Shown here in pieces: positions 25,208 to 34,339 of a stretch of 64,000 nt of DNA; position 1 is the stretch's first letter; each line of letters opens with the position of its first letter. The stretch covers positions 80,428 through 144,427 of the forward strand of contig DASXVO010000021.1 of assembly GCA_036504215.1 (NCBI GenBank), written 5' to 3'. Under the pieces are notes generated by a model, which was given only the letters and a program-made list of their open reading frames with translations, did no database searches and was not told the origin of the DNA. The DNA comes from Vicinamibacterales bacterium (lineage in GTDB: Bacteria; Acidobacteriota; Vicinamibacteria; Vicinamibacterales; Fen-181). Made by a program: the position numbers and the translations under genes.

Positions 25208-26425
25208 ATGCATCGGAACGTGCGGATGATGTGGATGATGTGGGTGCTGGCAGCGGTCGTCTCGGCCGCGACGATCGTGGCGAGCGCCGCACCGCAGGTG
25301 GTCTCGAAGTACTTCCCGCCCCGGGGCGAGTGGCAGAAGCGCGAACCGGGTGCGGTCGGCCTGGACAAGGCAAAGCTGGACGATGCGGTGGCGTTTGCGA
25401 TCGCGAACGAGAACCCGAACCCGAAGGACCTTGCGGCCGACATCGTCAACACGTTCAGGAACGAGTCGCCGTACAACACGCTGGCCGGCCCCGCCGCACC
25501 GCGGGCGGGGGCGAACGGCCTCATCATCCGCCACGGACTGGTCGCCGCCGAATGGGGCGAGACCGGTCGCGCCGACATGACCTTCAGCGTCACGAAGACA
25601 TTCCTTTCGACCGTGGTCGGTCTCGCCGTGGCGAACGGTCGCATCCGCGACGTGAAGGATCGCGTCGCGCCGTATATGCCTGCCGGCGTCGATTTGTTCG
25701 CGAGTCCGCACAATGCGCCGATCACGTGGGAGCATCTGCTGCGGCAGACGAGCGACTGGTCGGGGACGCTGTGGGGCCAGCCCGATTGGGCGGATCGGCC
25801 GCCACGCGGCCAGAGACCCGAGCAGTGGCCGGTTCGCGAGATGCACGACCCCGGCACGTGCTACAAGTACAACGACGTGCGGGTGAACGTGCTCGCGCTG
25901 GCCACGCTCTACGTCATGAAGCGCCCGATCCCAGAGATTCTGAAGGAGTCGATCATGGATCCGATTGGCGCCTCGAACGGTTGGCACTGGGAGCCGTACG
26001 AGAACGCGTTCGTGACGATCGACGGCAAGCGGATGGCGTCGGTACCTGGTGGCGGGCACCATGGTGGCGGCATGTTCATCAGCGCGTGGGACCTGGCGCG
26101 GTTCGGCTATCTGTTCCTCAACAACGGCAGGTGGAACGGCCGCCAGCTGGTGCCTGAGACATGGATGGCCATGGCCAGGACGCCGGGGCCTGCGAACCCG
26201 ACCTACGGCTTCATGAACTGGTTCCTCAACACGCCGAATGCGGCGGGCCAGCGTCCGTTCCCGAGCACCCCGGCGTCGAGCGTGACCTTTCAGGGCAACG
26301 GCCAGAATATCGTCTTCATCGACTGGGAACACGACCTCGTCGTGGTGGTCCGGTGGATCAAGGGCGGGTCGGCGCTGAACGACTTCCTGGGCAAGGTGCT
26401 GGCGGCCGTCTCCGCTGGCACGTAG
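25208..26425 (+). CDS. serine hydrolase (beta-lactamase/transpeptidase-like, class C-type)
   Basis: Track ORF 25184..26425 trimmed to ATG 25208. Signal peptide, then an S-x-x-K motif FSVTKTF and a YKYNDV (YxN-like) motif. Confidence 0.82.
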   Translation: MHRNVRMMWMMWVLAAVVSAATIVASAAPQVVSKYFPPRGEWQKREPGAVGLDKAKLDDAVAFAIANENPNPKDLAADIVNTFRNESPYNTLAGPAAPRAGANGLIIRHGLVAAEWGETGRADMTFSVTKTFLSTVVGLAVANGRIRDVKDRVAPYMPAGVDLFASPHNAPITWEHLLRQTSDWSGTLWGQPDWADRPPRGQRPEQWPVREMHDPGTCYKYNDVRVNVLALATLYVMKRPIPEILKESIMDPIGASNGWHWEPYENAFVTIDGKRMASVPGGGHHGGGMFISAWDLARFGYLFLNNGRWNGRQLVPETWMAMARTPGPANPTYGFMNWFLNTPNAAGQRPFPSTPASSVTFQGNGQNIVFIDWEHDLVVVVRWIKGGSALNDFLGKVLAAVSAGT

Positions 26426-26509
26426 GCAGCGGCAAGTGGATGGCGCCCGCTTTCAACGACTGACGTACGCTGCGTCAGAGCATTGTCGATCACGATCAGG
26501 ACGAGTGAC

Positions 26510-27478
26510 ATGGCTTCCGCGGACAAGCAGACGGGCAACTTGACCCGAGACATCCTGATCGGCGCCGTCCTGCGGTTCCTCGCCGGCCAGGATCCTGTGC
26601 TGCTCGAGAGCAGCCGCGCCGCTCTCGAGCGCGAGATCGACGGCGCTGGACCCGATGCCCTGATCGCACTCGATGAACGGCTGACGATGGACATCGGCTG
26701 GGAGTACTACCCAAGAGATCCTCTGGCGCAGCGAATTCACCATCTCCTCGCCGATCGATTCCTCCTGGAAGGCTCCGAGCTGCAGGGGGCCGAACATCTG
26801 GCAAGGGTGGTCACTGGGCCGGTGGTCATGTTCGCGAACCACCTGTCGTACGCGGATGCGAACGTCGTCGAGGTTCTGCTGCAGCGGTCGGGCGGCGAGG
26901 CGCTGGCGAATCGTCTGACTGCGGTTGCCGGCCCGAAGGTGTTCACGAGCCGGCAACGACGGTTCTCGAGCCTGTGCTTCGGCACGATCAAGGCGCCGCA
27001 GAGCGCCGGGGTCTCGTCGGAGGAGGCGACCCTGAGCGCACGAGACGTGGCACGGGCGGCACGGCGCTCCATCGAGGTTGCCCGCGGGAGGCTGCGGGCC
27101 GGCGACGTCCTCTTGCTGTTCGGCGAGGGAACGAGAAGTCGAACTGGCGAAATGCAACCGATGCTGGCAGGTGCGGCACGTTATCTGGATGTGCCCGGCG
27201 TGTGGGTATTACCGGCCGGCCTGACTGGGTCAGAGCAGTTCTTCCCGATTGACGGCGCGACCATTCGGCCGGCTCGCATCACGATGCGGCTTGGGTGCCC
27301 TGCACGAGCCGACGCACTTCTGGCCGGCGCCGACGGGGATCGACGTCTCGTCATGGACGCGATCGGCCTCGCTGTGGCGGAACTGCTCCCGCCGCGGTAT
27401 GGCGGCGTCTATGCCGACGGCGATTGCTTTCCTGAGGCAAGGCAAGTCCTGGAGGCCGCGAGGCTGACGAGCGCCTGA
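26510..27478 (+). CDS. lysophospholipid (1-acyl-sn-glycerol-3-phosphate-type) acyltransferase
   Basis: HX4D motif NHLSYAD, FGEGTRS motif III and a VLPAGL motif IV region. ATG 26510 is preferred over the track's TTG 26483. Confidence 0.8.
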   Translation: MASADKQTGNLTRDILIGAVLRFLAGQDPVLLESSRAALEREIDGAGPDALIALDERLTMDIGWEYYPRDPLAQRIHHLLADRFLLEGSELQGAEHLARVVTGPVVMFANHLSYADANVVEVLLQRSGGEALANRLTAVAGPKVFTSRQRRFSSLCFGTIKAPQSAGVSSEEATLSARDVARAARRSIEVARGRLRAGDVLLLFGEGTRSRTGEMQPMLAGAARYLDVPGVWVLPAGLTGSEQFFPIDGATIRPARITMRLGCPARADALLAGADGDRRLVMDAIGLAVAELLPPRYGGVYADGDCFPEARQVLEAARLTSA

Positions 27479-27597
27479 TGAGAGAATCGCGACCGCCTGG
27501 GCTTGTCACCATTCGCCGCACGTGCGCATCTCTGGAGGGTGGTGACGGCACGCCGGAACGGACTGCGCCGGCTGCCCAGTCTGAGAGGAGTCCTGCC

Positions 27598-27993
27598 GTG
27601 GAGATGATCGTGACGTTCCCTGGCGGCGCCCGCGTGGACGCCGAGTTCGGGCCTCATACGATTCGCACCGACCAGCCGCCACAGGGCGGCGGCGAAGGGT
27701 CGGCGCCGGCACCGTTTGCCCTCTTCCTCGCGTCGATCGGGACGTGCGCGGGGATCTACGTGCTCGGGTTCTGCCGGCAGCGCAGTCTGCCGACCGAGGG
27801 AATCCGCCTCGTCCAGCGCATGGTGCCCGACGGCCGGACGGGGTTGATTGGAAAGGTGGAGATCGACATCCAGGTACCGGCCGGATTCCCCGAGAAGTAC
27901 CACGAGGCGCTGATCCGTGCGGCCAGCCAGTGCGCGGTCAAGAAGCACCTGGAACAGCCGCCGCAGTTCGAGGTCAGGACCGTCGTCGTCTGA
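27598..27993 (+). CDS. OsmC/Ohr family peroxiredoxin-like protein
   Basis: GTG 27598 has GAGAGGAG 7 nt upstream (track ORF 27478..27993). The two conserved Cys contexts are SIGTCAGIY and ASQCAVKKH. Confidence 0.8.
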   Translation: MEMIVTFPGGARVDAEFGPHTIRTDQPPQGGGEGSAPAPFALFLASIGTCAGIYVLGFCRQRSLPTEGIRLVQRMVPDGRTGLIGKVEIDIQVPAGFPEKYHEALIRAASQCAVKKHLEQPPQFEVRTVVV

Positions 27994-28048
27994 ACTCTGC
28001 GCTATAAAGTGCTTGACACGAACAGGCGCTCCCGTCCATGATCGGCGC

Positions 28049-28675
28049 ATGTCCGGGTCCCGCCTGCTCCGATCGCGCCTGGCCTCGGCCACGCCCCGCC
28101 TGTCCGCGCGCGACGACCGCGCCACCGAACACCTGCAGTTCATCCGCGAGACGATGGAGCGGGCAGGGTCGTTCACGGCGGTGTCTGGCGTCGGGCAGAC
28201 GATCGTTGGCGTCATCGGGCTGTTCGCGGCGTGGATTGCCGGACGGCAGGCCACCCAGGACGCGTGGCTGGCCACGTGGGTGGGCACGGCGGCGCTGTGC
28301 GCGGGCGTGGCGGCGGCCGCCATCCGCGCCAAGGCGCGCCGGCTCGGCATCCCGCTCTACTCGGGTCTCGCCCGCCGTTTCGCCCTGACCTTTCTCACGC
28401 CTCTTGTCTCGGGCGCCGTCCTCACCCTCGTGCTCTACCTCGATGGCATGACCGCACGGTTGCCCGGGACGTGGCTCCTGCTGTTCGGTACGGCGGTCGT
28501 CACCGGCGGCGCGTTGTCCGTCGGCGTCGTGCCGCTGACCGGCGTCGGCTTCATCGCGGCGGCCGGTGTCGCGTTCGCGCTGCCCGCGCCCTGGGGCAAC
28601 CTCGTCATGGCGGCTGGCTTCGGGCTTCTCAATATCGTGTTCGGGCTCATCATCGCGGTGAAACATGGCGGGTAG
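28049..28675 (+). CDS. integral membrane protein, unknown function
   Basis: Track ORF 27917..28675 trimmed to ATG 28049. Five to six hydrophobic helices. Partly overlapped by track ORF 28665..29054, which encodes the downstream wHTH regulator (called at 28734). Confidence 0.7.
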   Translation: MSGSRLLRSRLASATPRLSARDDRATEHLQFIRETMERAGSFTAVSGVGQTIVGVIGLFAAWIAGRQATQDAWLATWVGTAALCAGVAAAAIRAKARRLGIPLYSGLARRFALTFLTPLVSGAVLTLVLYLDGMTARLPGTWLLLFGTAVVTGGALSVGVVPLTGVGFIAAAGVAFALPAPWGNLVMAAGFGLLNIVFGLIIAVKHGG

Positions 28676-28733
28676 ACAGCTCATCGCCCGCGCCGGGACA
28701 CGGCGCGCGGGAAAGGTACGAGAGGGACGGAGG

Positions 28734-29054
28734 ATGCCGGCGCCATCGCTCGACACCGCGTTACGGCCGTTCGACACGCTCGTGCACGAGCGGATGCGCC
28801 TCGGGATCCTGAGCGCGTTGGCCGTATCCATGCCGCTCAGCTTCGTGGAGTTGAAGGCGTCACTGCGGACGACCGACGGCAACCTGAGCGTCCACGCCCG
28901 GCGCCTCGAGGATGCCGGCTACATCACGTGCACGAAGCGCTTCGAAGGCCGCGTGCCGAAGACCGAGTTCCAAATCACCGACACCGGCCGCCGCGCGCTC
29001 GAGACGTACCTCGAGCGGATGGAAGATCTGATTCGGCTGACGCGGGAACGGTAG
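28734..29054 (+). CDS. winged-helix transcriptional regulator (ArsR/HTH_34-like)
   Basis: ATG 28734 has GGACGGAGG upstream. LVHERMRLGILSALA..SFVELKASLRTTDGNLSVHARRLEDAGYI is a typical wHTH recognition helix plus wing. Confidence 0.8.
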   Translation: MPAPSLDTALRPFDTLVHERMRLGILSALAVSMPLSFVELKASLRTTDGNLSVHARRLEDAGYITCTKRFEGRVPKTEFQITDTGRRALETYLERMEDLIRLTRER

Positions 29055-29090
29055 CCTCTGGTGTCGAGGTGATCGGCCGGCCGTGCCAAC

Positions 29091-30014
29091 TCACACGTTT
29101 GCCGGCGTCGTCTGCGGCGTCCGGGCAAGAAACCGGGCGGCCAGCAGCACGAACGCGATCCACAGGGCATCGGCGATCAGCAGGTGCACCATCTGCATCC
29201 AGACGGGCGCCAGCAGGACGATGTTGATGAAGCCCGCCAGCACCTGCACGCCCGCGATAATCGCCACGGCGGCGCCGAGTCTGCGGGTGAGGCCGCGTGC
29301 CTGAAAGGCCGTGCGGGCTCCGGCGATGGCCAACCCGAGGGCGACAACGACGGTGATGGCCGGGTGGAGCAGCCTGAGGCGAACGAGCAGGTGCGATGTG
29401 GCTGAGAAATCGGCTCCGAGCGCATCGGCCAATGATCCTGCCGGATACAGGGTGTCGCCGAGCGCGGTGACGGCCCCGCTGATTCCCGCAATGATGATCG
29501 CCAGCGCCCCGCCTGCGACCGTCAACGCGGGCGCGCCACGACGCGGCGCGTTCACCGGTTCGCCGCCGGACAACCAGTAGGCGGTCAGCGCGAGGCAGGC
29601 CAGGAGCAGGAACGTGTTGGTGAGATGCGCGGACATGAACAGCGCGCGCGCCATGCTCGCATTCTCGGCGACAAGTTGAAACAGCACGAGCGCGGCGCCG
29701 ACACCGGCCTCCGCGAGCATGAACACCATGGCCCACGCGGCGCCGCGTCTGGCCGGATGCCCGGGCGCGCACGCTCGCCAGACCCAGATCAGCAATACCG
29801 CGACGAACAGCAGCGCCAGTCCGCTCGTCGCGCGGTGCGAGAACTCGACGAGCATCGCGGCGGTCGGCGCCTGCGGCACCACCTCCCCGTTGCAGAGCGG
29901 CCAGTGGGCACCGCAGCCGGCTCCAGACCGTGTCGCCCGCACGTAGGCGCCCCACGCAATGACGCCGAGGTTGTACACCAGCACGCCCCAGCCGAACCGA
30001 GCCAGTCTGGTCAT
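29091..30014 (-). CDS. ctaA: heme A synthase (COX15/CtaA family)
   Basis: Eight TM helices. N-terminal GAYVRATRSGAGCGAHWPLCNG and conserved His residues (EFSHR, HLTN, HPA, VHLL), as in the CtaA/COX15 family. Confidence 0.85.
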   Translation of the reverse strand: MTRLARFGWGVLVYNLGVIAWGAYVRATRSGAGCGAHWPLCNGEVVPQAPTAAMLVEFSHRATSGLALLFVAVLLIWVWRACAPGHPARRGAAWAMVFMLAEAGVGAALVLFQLVAENASMARALFMSAHLTNTFLLLACLALTAYWLSGGEPVNAPRRGAPALTVAGGALAIIIAGISGAVTALGDTLYPAGSLADALGADFSATSHLLVRLRLLHPAITVVVALGLAIAGARTAFQARGLTRRLGAAVAIIAGVQVLAGFINIVLLAPVWMQMVHLLIADALWIAFVLLAARFLARTPQTTPANV

Positions 30015-30045
30015 GGCGGCATCCTCCGTTGGTTGCGCGATCGCC

Positions 30046-31704
30046 CTATCGATTCGCCAGCAGCCAGGTCGAGGCGAAGGCGAGGCGCGTCATCTTCAGC
30101 ACCTGGCTGACGTCCAGTTTCTCGATGGTGTCGGACGGCTCATGGTAGCCGTCGAAGTAGTTGCCGAAGAACCGCACGAAGGGCCGGCCCTCGCGGGCGA
30201 ATTCCCGGTAGTCGCTCCCTCCGCTCTTCCCGTCGGTCCGGTCGAGATGGAGCGCCACGCCGATGCCGCGGGCGGCCTGCGCGAGCACCGGACCGAGATC
30301 CGTCGCCGACTCGGCGACGCCGAGTTCGATGAAGTCGGCGGGTTTCACGCTCACGAGGAATTCCGATCCGTGCTCGAGATGCGTCTCGCCCACCAGGGTC
30401 CGCAACTCCTGGGCGGTCCATGGATGCCCAATCATGTCGAGATTGAGATAGACCGTCGTCCGCTCGAGCGGCCACAGCGGGTGCTGGACGTAGTACGTCG
30501 AGCCGAGGTGGCCTTCCTCTTCACCCGTCCAGAAGGCGAAGATCAACGTCCGCTTCGGTCTGTTCCCGGGTGATGCGAACACCCGGGCGATCTCCAGGAC
30601 GGCGGCGACGCCCGACGCGTTGTCGTCCGCGCCGGGATACCAGTTGGCACCGGATCGCCCGAGATGGTCCATGTGGGCACCGAGGATGACGGCCTCGTCG
30701 CGGTGCGCCGGATCGGCGCCAGGGATCATCCCCACCACATTCCGACTGGCGGTCGCGCGTTCGTCCGCGCTGACCTGGACCGTGACGATTGCGCCGGGCA
30801 GCGGCCGGCTCGCCTGCGTGCGCGCCGCGGCGCTCGTCGACCCGACGCCCGCCAGGAGGCGGTCCCCCACGCGCTCCGACACCCGGATCACCGGCGGAAG
30901 CGTCCACTCGTTCTCGTGAACCGGCACGAAGAAGGCCGGCACGGGTGCCTGCGCGTTCACGGTCAGAGCCGAGATCGACGCGTCGGTCTCGATCGCTAGC
31001 ACGGCCCGGGCGCCAAGCGACGACGCGAGCTGCGCCTTCGCCGCAAAACGCGGCCGGGCGTCATCTGCCCCGTACCGGGCGACCAACTCCGGCTTGTTCC
31101 ACTCGTGACCCGCCGGCAACCCGGCGAGGATCAGGACGATCTTTCCTCTCACGTCGAGACCGCGGTAGTCATCGCGCGCGGGACTGGTCTCACGGATTCC
31201 ATATCCGGCAAAGACGACGGGCGCCGCGAACTGTTGGGGCGCGAGTTCCGGAAAGAGGCAGTCGATCCCCGATTGGAACGTCTGCGCGTCGGTCGACTCG
31301 GGGCGTCGCGTTTCGATCGCCACCCGCCCGGCCATCCGGCTAATCTCGCGCAGCGGCACCAGGTGGAAGTACGGTGCGGACGGGTTGCCCTTCTCCGCCG
31401 GTATCGCCGGGGATATGCCCATCAGGGCGAGGCTCGCGGCGAGATACTCGGCGGTCGCGTCGAGGCCGCGCCCGGACAGGCCGCGACCTTCCAGGCTCGG
31501 CGCCGAAAGGTACGCGATGTGGGCCGCGAGCGCCGTCGCCCGCAACCCCTCGAGCGCGGTGGCCAGCGGCGGCGTCAGCGGGACGACAGGACCGGACGCG
31601 ACGAAATCGGCGGAGACCGGCGACACCGGTCTTGCGATCTGCGCAGACCCCACGCCGACGACGGCCGCGGCCAGGGCGATCGGCAACAGGCAACGGGCCT
31701 TCAT
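30046..31704 (-). CDS. M28 family aminopeptidase with PA domain
   Basis: The 552-codon 3' part of track ORF 30046..33036, from ATG 31704 (MKARCLLPIALAAAVVG signal). Zinc ligand motifs HMDHLG, GADDNASG and WTGEEEGHLGS. It starts 2 nt after the upstream stop. Confidence 0.88.
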   Translation of the reverse strand: MKARCLLPIALAAAVVGVGSAQIARPVSPVSADFVASGPVVPLTPPLATALEGLRATALAAHIAYLSAPSLEGRGLSGRGLDATAEYLAASLALMGISPAIPAEKGNPSAPYFHLVPLREISRMAGRVAIETRRPESTDAQTFQSGIDCLFPELAPQQFAAPVVFAGYGIRETSPARDDYRGLDVRGKIVLILAGLPAGHEWNKPELVARYGADDARPRFAAKAQLASSLGARAVLAIETDASISALTVNAQAPVPAFFVPVHENEWTLPPVIRVSERVGDRLLAGVGSTSAAARTQASRPLPGAIVTVQVSADERATASRNVVGMIPGADPAHRDEAVILGAHMDHLGRSGANWYPGADDNASGVAAVLEIARVFASPGNRPKRTLIFAFWTGEEEGHLGSTYYVQHPLWPLERTTVYLNLDMIGHPWTAQELRTLVGETHLEHGSEFLVSVKPADFIELGVAESATDLGPVLAQAARGIGVALHLDRTDGKSGGSDYREFAREGRPFVRFFGNYFDGYHEPSDTIEKLDVSQVLKMTRLAFASTWLLANR

Positions 31705-31706
31705 GG

Positions 31707-33128
31707 CTACTCCCAGCGGAAGAAGAGCACGGGCGGAATCAGCAGCAGGAAGCTGAGCACGATGAGGATCAGCATCAGCGGCAGGAACCACCTGGCCCAG
31801 CGTTCCCACGGGATCTTTCCCGCACCCAGCACGCCCATCGTCACCGCGCTCGTCGGGAGGATGGGGTTGATGAACTCGCACAACTGGTAGGCGTAAACCG
31901 TGGTCTGGCGGGTGATGCCCACGAGATCCGACAGCGGCGACATGATGGGCATCGTCAGAGCCGCCTGGGCCGTGCCCGAATGGATGAAGAAGTTGATCAC
32001 GCACTGGATGAGGAACATCACCTGCGCGATGACGCCGCGCGGCAGCAACGACAGCGTGCTCGAGGTCCCGTAGAGGATCGTGTCGAGGATCTTCGCGTCC
32101 TGCGCGATCACGAGCAGCGCCCGGGCGCAGGCGATGATGAAGACGACGCCGACCATGTCCTTTGCGCCCGTGACGAACGTCCGGGCCACGCGACTCGGAC
32201 CGAGCCCTCCGGCGAATCCGAGGACGATGCCCATGCCGAGGAACAGCATCGCGATCTGGTCGATGTACCACTTCCACTTCAGGACACCGACCACGAGCAG
32301 CACCATCGAGGCGACGAACAGGGCCAGCGTGGCGACGTGGCGAACGTCCCAGCCCCCGCCCTCCTCCGCCTGAATCGTCACGGCCTCGCGTTCGAGGTCG
32401 ATGTCGCGGACCGGGCTGATCTCCGGGTTCCGCTTCACCCGCCGCGCGTACCACATCACGTACGCCACCATCACGGCGGTGCCGATGATCCACGAGACCA
32501 CCCGGTAGCCGAGCCCCGAGTAGAGCGGCACGCCGGCGATGCTCTGCGAGATTCCGACCGTGAACGGATTGAAGAAGGCGGCCGCGAATCCGGCGGCGGC
32601 GCCGAGGAAGGGGATGGAGACGCCGACGATCGAGTCGTAACCGAGACGCCGCGCCAGCGGGATGAAGATCAGGACGAACGGAATCACCTCTTCCGACATG
32701 CCGAAGATCGATCCCGCGAGCGAGAAGATGATCATCAGCACCGGGACGAGGAATCCCTCGAGGTAGGGCCGCCCGGCAATCGTGGCGACCAGGCGCCTGA
32801 TCCCGAACTCCACGGCGCCGGTTTCCTGGAAGATCCCGAAGCTCCCGCCAATAAGCAGGAGGAAGCAGATGAGCAGCGCCCCGTCGAGGAAACCCTTGAT
32901 TGGCGACTCGAGCACCATCTGCGGCCCGAGGTAGACCTTCGACACCTGGTGATAGGTGCCGGCCACGGTCACGGTGCGCACGCCCTCGCTGGTCTGCACC
33001 TGGACGCGTTGGTACTCGCCCGACGGCACGAGCCACGACACCGCGAGGACGAGGATCACCAGGATCATCACCACGACGAGCGTGTGCGGCATCGCCAGGC
33101 GCTTGAGGAACGGCGTCTCGGTGGCCAT
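31707..33128 (-). CDS. YfcC/DcuC-type anion/peptide permease
   Basis: Track ORF 31707..33515 trimmed to ATG 33128 (MATETPFLKRL). About 12 TM helices. Resembles the YfcC-family putative transporters often found next to isoaspartyl dipeptidase genes. It starts 2 nt after the iadA stop. Confidence 0.82.
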   Translation of the reverse strand: MATETPFLKRLAMPHTLVVVMILVILVLAVSWLVPSGEYQRVQVQTSEGVRTVTVAGTYHQVSKVYLGPQMVLESPIKGFLDGALLICFLLLIGGSFGIFQETGAVEFGIRRLVATIAGRPYLEGFLVPVLMIIFSLAGSIFGMSEEVIPFVLIFIPLARRLGYDSIVGVSIPFLGAAAGFAAAFFNPFTVGISQSIAGVPLYSGLGYRVVSWIIGTAVMVAYVMWYARRVKRNPEISPVRDIDLEREAVTIQAEEGGGWDVRHVATLALFVASMVLLVVGVLKWKWYIDQIAMLFLGMGIVLGFAGGLGPSRVARTFVTGAKDMVGVVFIIACARALLVIAQDAKILDTILYGTSSTLSLLPRGVIAQVMFLIQCVINFFIHSGTAQAALTMPIMSPLSDLVGITRQTTVYAYQLCEFINPILPTSAVTMGVLGAGKIPWERWARWFLPLMLILIVLSFLLLIPPVLFFRWE

Positions 33129-33130
33129 AC

Positions 33131-34294
33131 CTACTCGAAGGTGCCCGCCCGCCGGGGCACGCGGTCCTTCATCAGCCATTCGCCCTTCGCGATGACGCCG
33201 CAAATCTCCAGCGTCTTCGGCTCGAGCAGGACGACATCGGCGTCGGCACCGGCGGCAAGCTGGCCCTTGCGGCCGAGCTTCAGCGCCCGGGCCGGATTCG
33301 CGGTGATCACGCGCATCGCGGTCTCGAGCGGCACCTTCTCCTCGCGCACGGCGTCGCGCACCTCGGCGAAGAGGCTGGTCACCCGCCCAATCTCGAGCCG
33401 TTTCAGACGGCCCTGTTCGTCGAACGAGGGCAGGCTGCCCTGACCGTCGGAGGTGAACGTGACCCGCGAGATGTCGACGCCGGCCTCCAGCATCATCCGG
33501 AGCCCCTTGCTGCACTTGACCTCGCCGTCGTCGATGAACACGGGCGCGCTCGATGTGGTGAGGTCCACCACGCCGCCCGCTTTCGCGAAGGCCACCCCTT
33601 CCTCGAACAGCGCAAGGTTGCGGTTGATGTGCGTCGGCACGAACTGGCTGATCGGAATCTCGGTCTCCTCGACAATGCGACGAATCATCGACAAACCGCG
33701 AGGCCCATCACCCATGTGGACGTTCACCACGCCGGCCTTGCCAGAGAGGATGCCTCCCCGCCGTGCCTCGGCGACGGTCCTCGAGAAGGCTTCGAAGGTC
33801 GGCTGGGTCGACCGGTGATCCGACAGCGCCACCTCACCGACGCCGATGATCTTGTCGATCAGGATCAGGTCGCGCTCGATGCTGCCGGTCAGCGTCTCCA
33901 CCGGCACGGCGTAGTAGCCGGTGTACATGAACGTGCTGATGCCCTCATCGTCCAGGCCGCGCGCCTTGGCGAGCAGCGCCGCGAGGCTCCGTGTGACGCC
34001 ATCGGTGCCCAGACAGCCGACGACCGTGGTGATGCCGCCGCGGATCACGTCGGAGAGCGAGAGTTCCGGTGTGCGGGTCGCGTACCCGCCCTCTCCGCCT
34101 CCGCCGGTCACGTGGACGTGGCCGTCGATGAAACCGGGCGTGACGATGAACGACGATGCATCGACCGTCTCGCACCAGGACTGCGAGATCTGAATGTCTT
34201 GTTGGATCCGGATGACCCGGCCGCCCGCCATCAGAATGTCGGTGCGGCCGGCCGGGTCTGGCGTGTAGAGTTCGGCGTTCTTGAGCAACAACAT
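33131..34294 (-). CDS. iadA: isoaspartyl (beta-aspartyl) dipeptidase
   Basis: Amidohydrolase signature PGFIDGHVHVTGGGGEGG, GVGEVALSDHRS, NVHMGDG and TSDGQGS. The length (387 aa) and motif order match IadA. Confidence 0.85.
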   Translation of the reverse strand: MLLLKNAELYTPDPAGRTDILMAGGRVIRIQQDIQISQSWCETVDASSFIVTPGFIDGHVHVTGGGGEGGYATRTPELSLSDVIRGGITTVVGCLGTDGVTRSLAALLAKARGLDDEGISTFMYTGYYAVPVETLTGSIERDLILIDKIIGVGEVALSDHRSTQPTFEAFSRTVAEARRGGILSGKAGVVNVHMGDGPRGLSMIRRIVEETEIPISQFVPTHINRNLALFEEGVAFAKAGGVVDLTTSSAPVFIDDGEVKCSKGLRMMLEAGVDISRVTFTSDGQGSLPSFDEQGRLKRLEIGRVTSLFAEVRDAVREEKVPLETAMRVITANPARALKLGRKGQLAAGADADVVLLEPKTLEICGVIAKGEWLMKDRVPRRAGTFE

Positions 34295-34339
34295 GTCGGC
34301 ACTCCTAAGCTCAGCAGAGCTGAGCGGGAGTGTAGCACG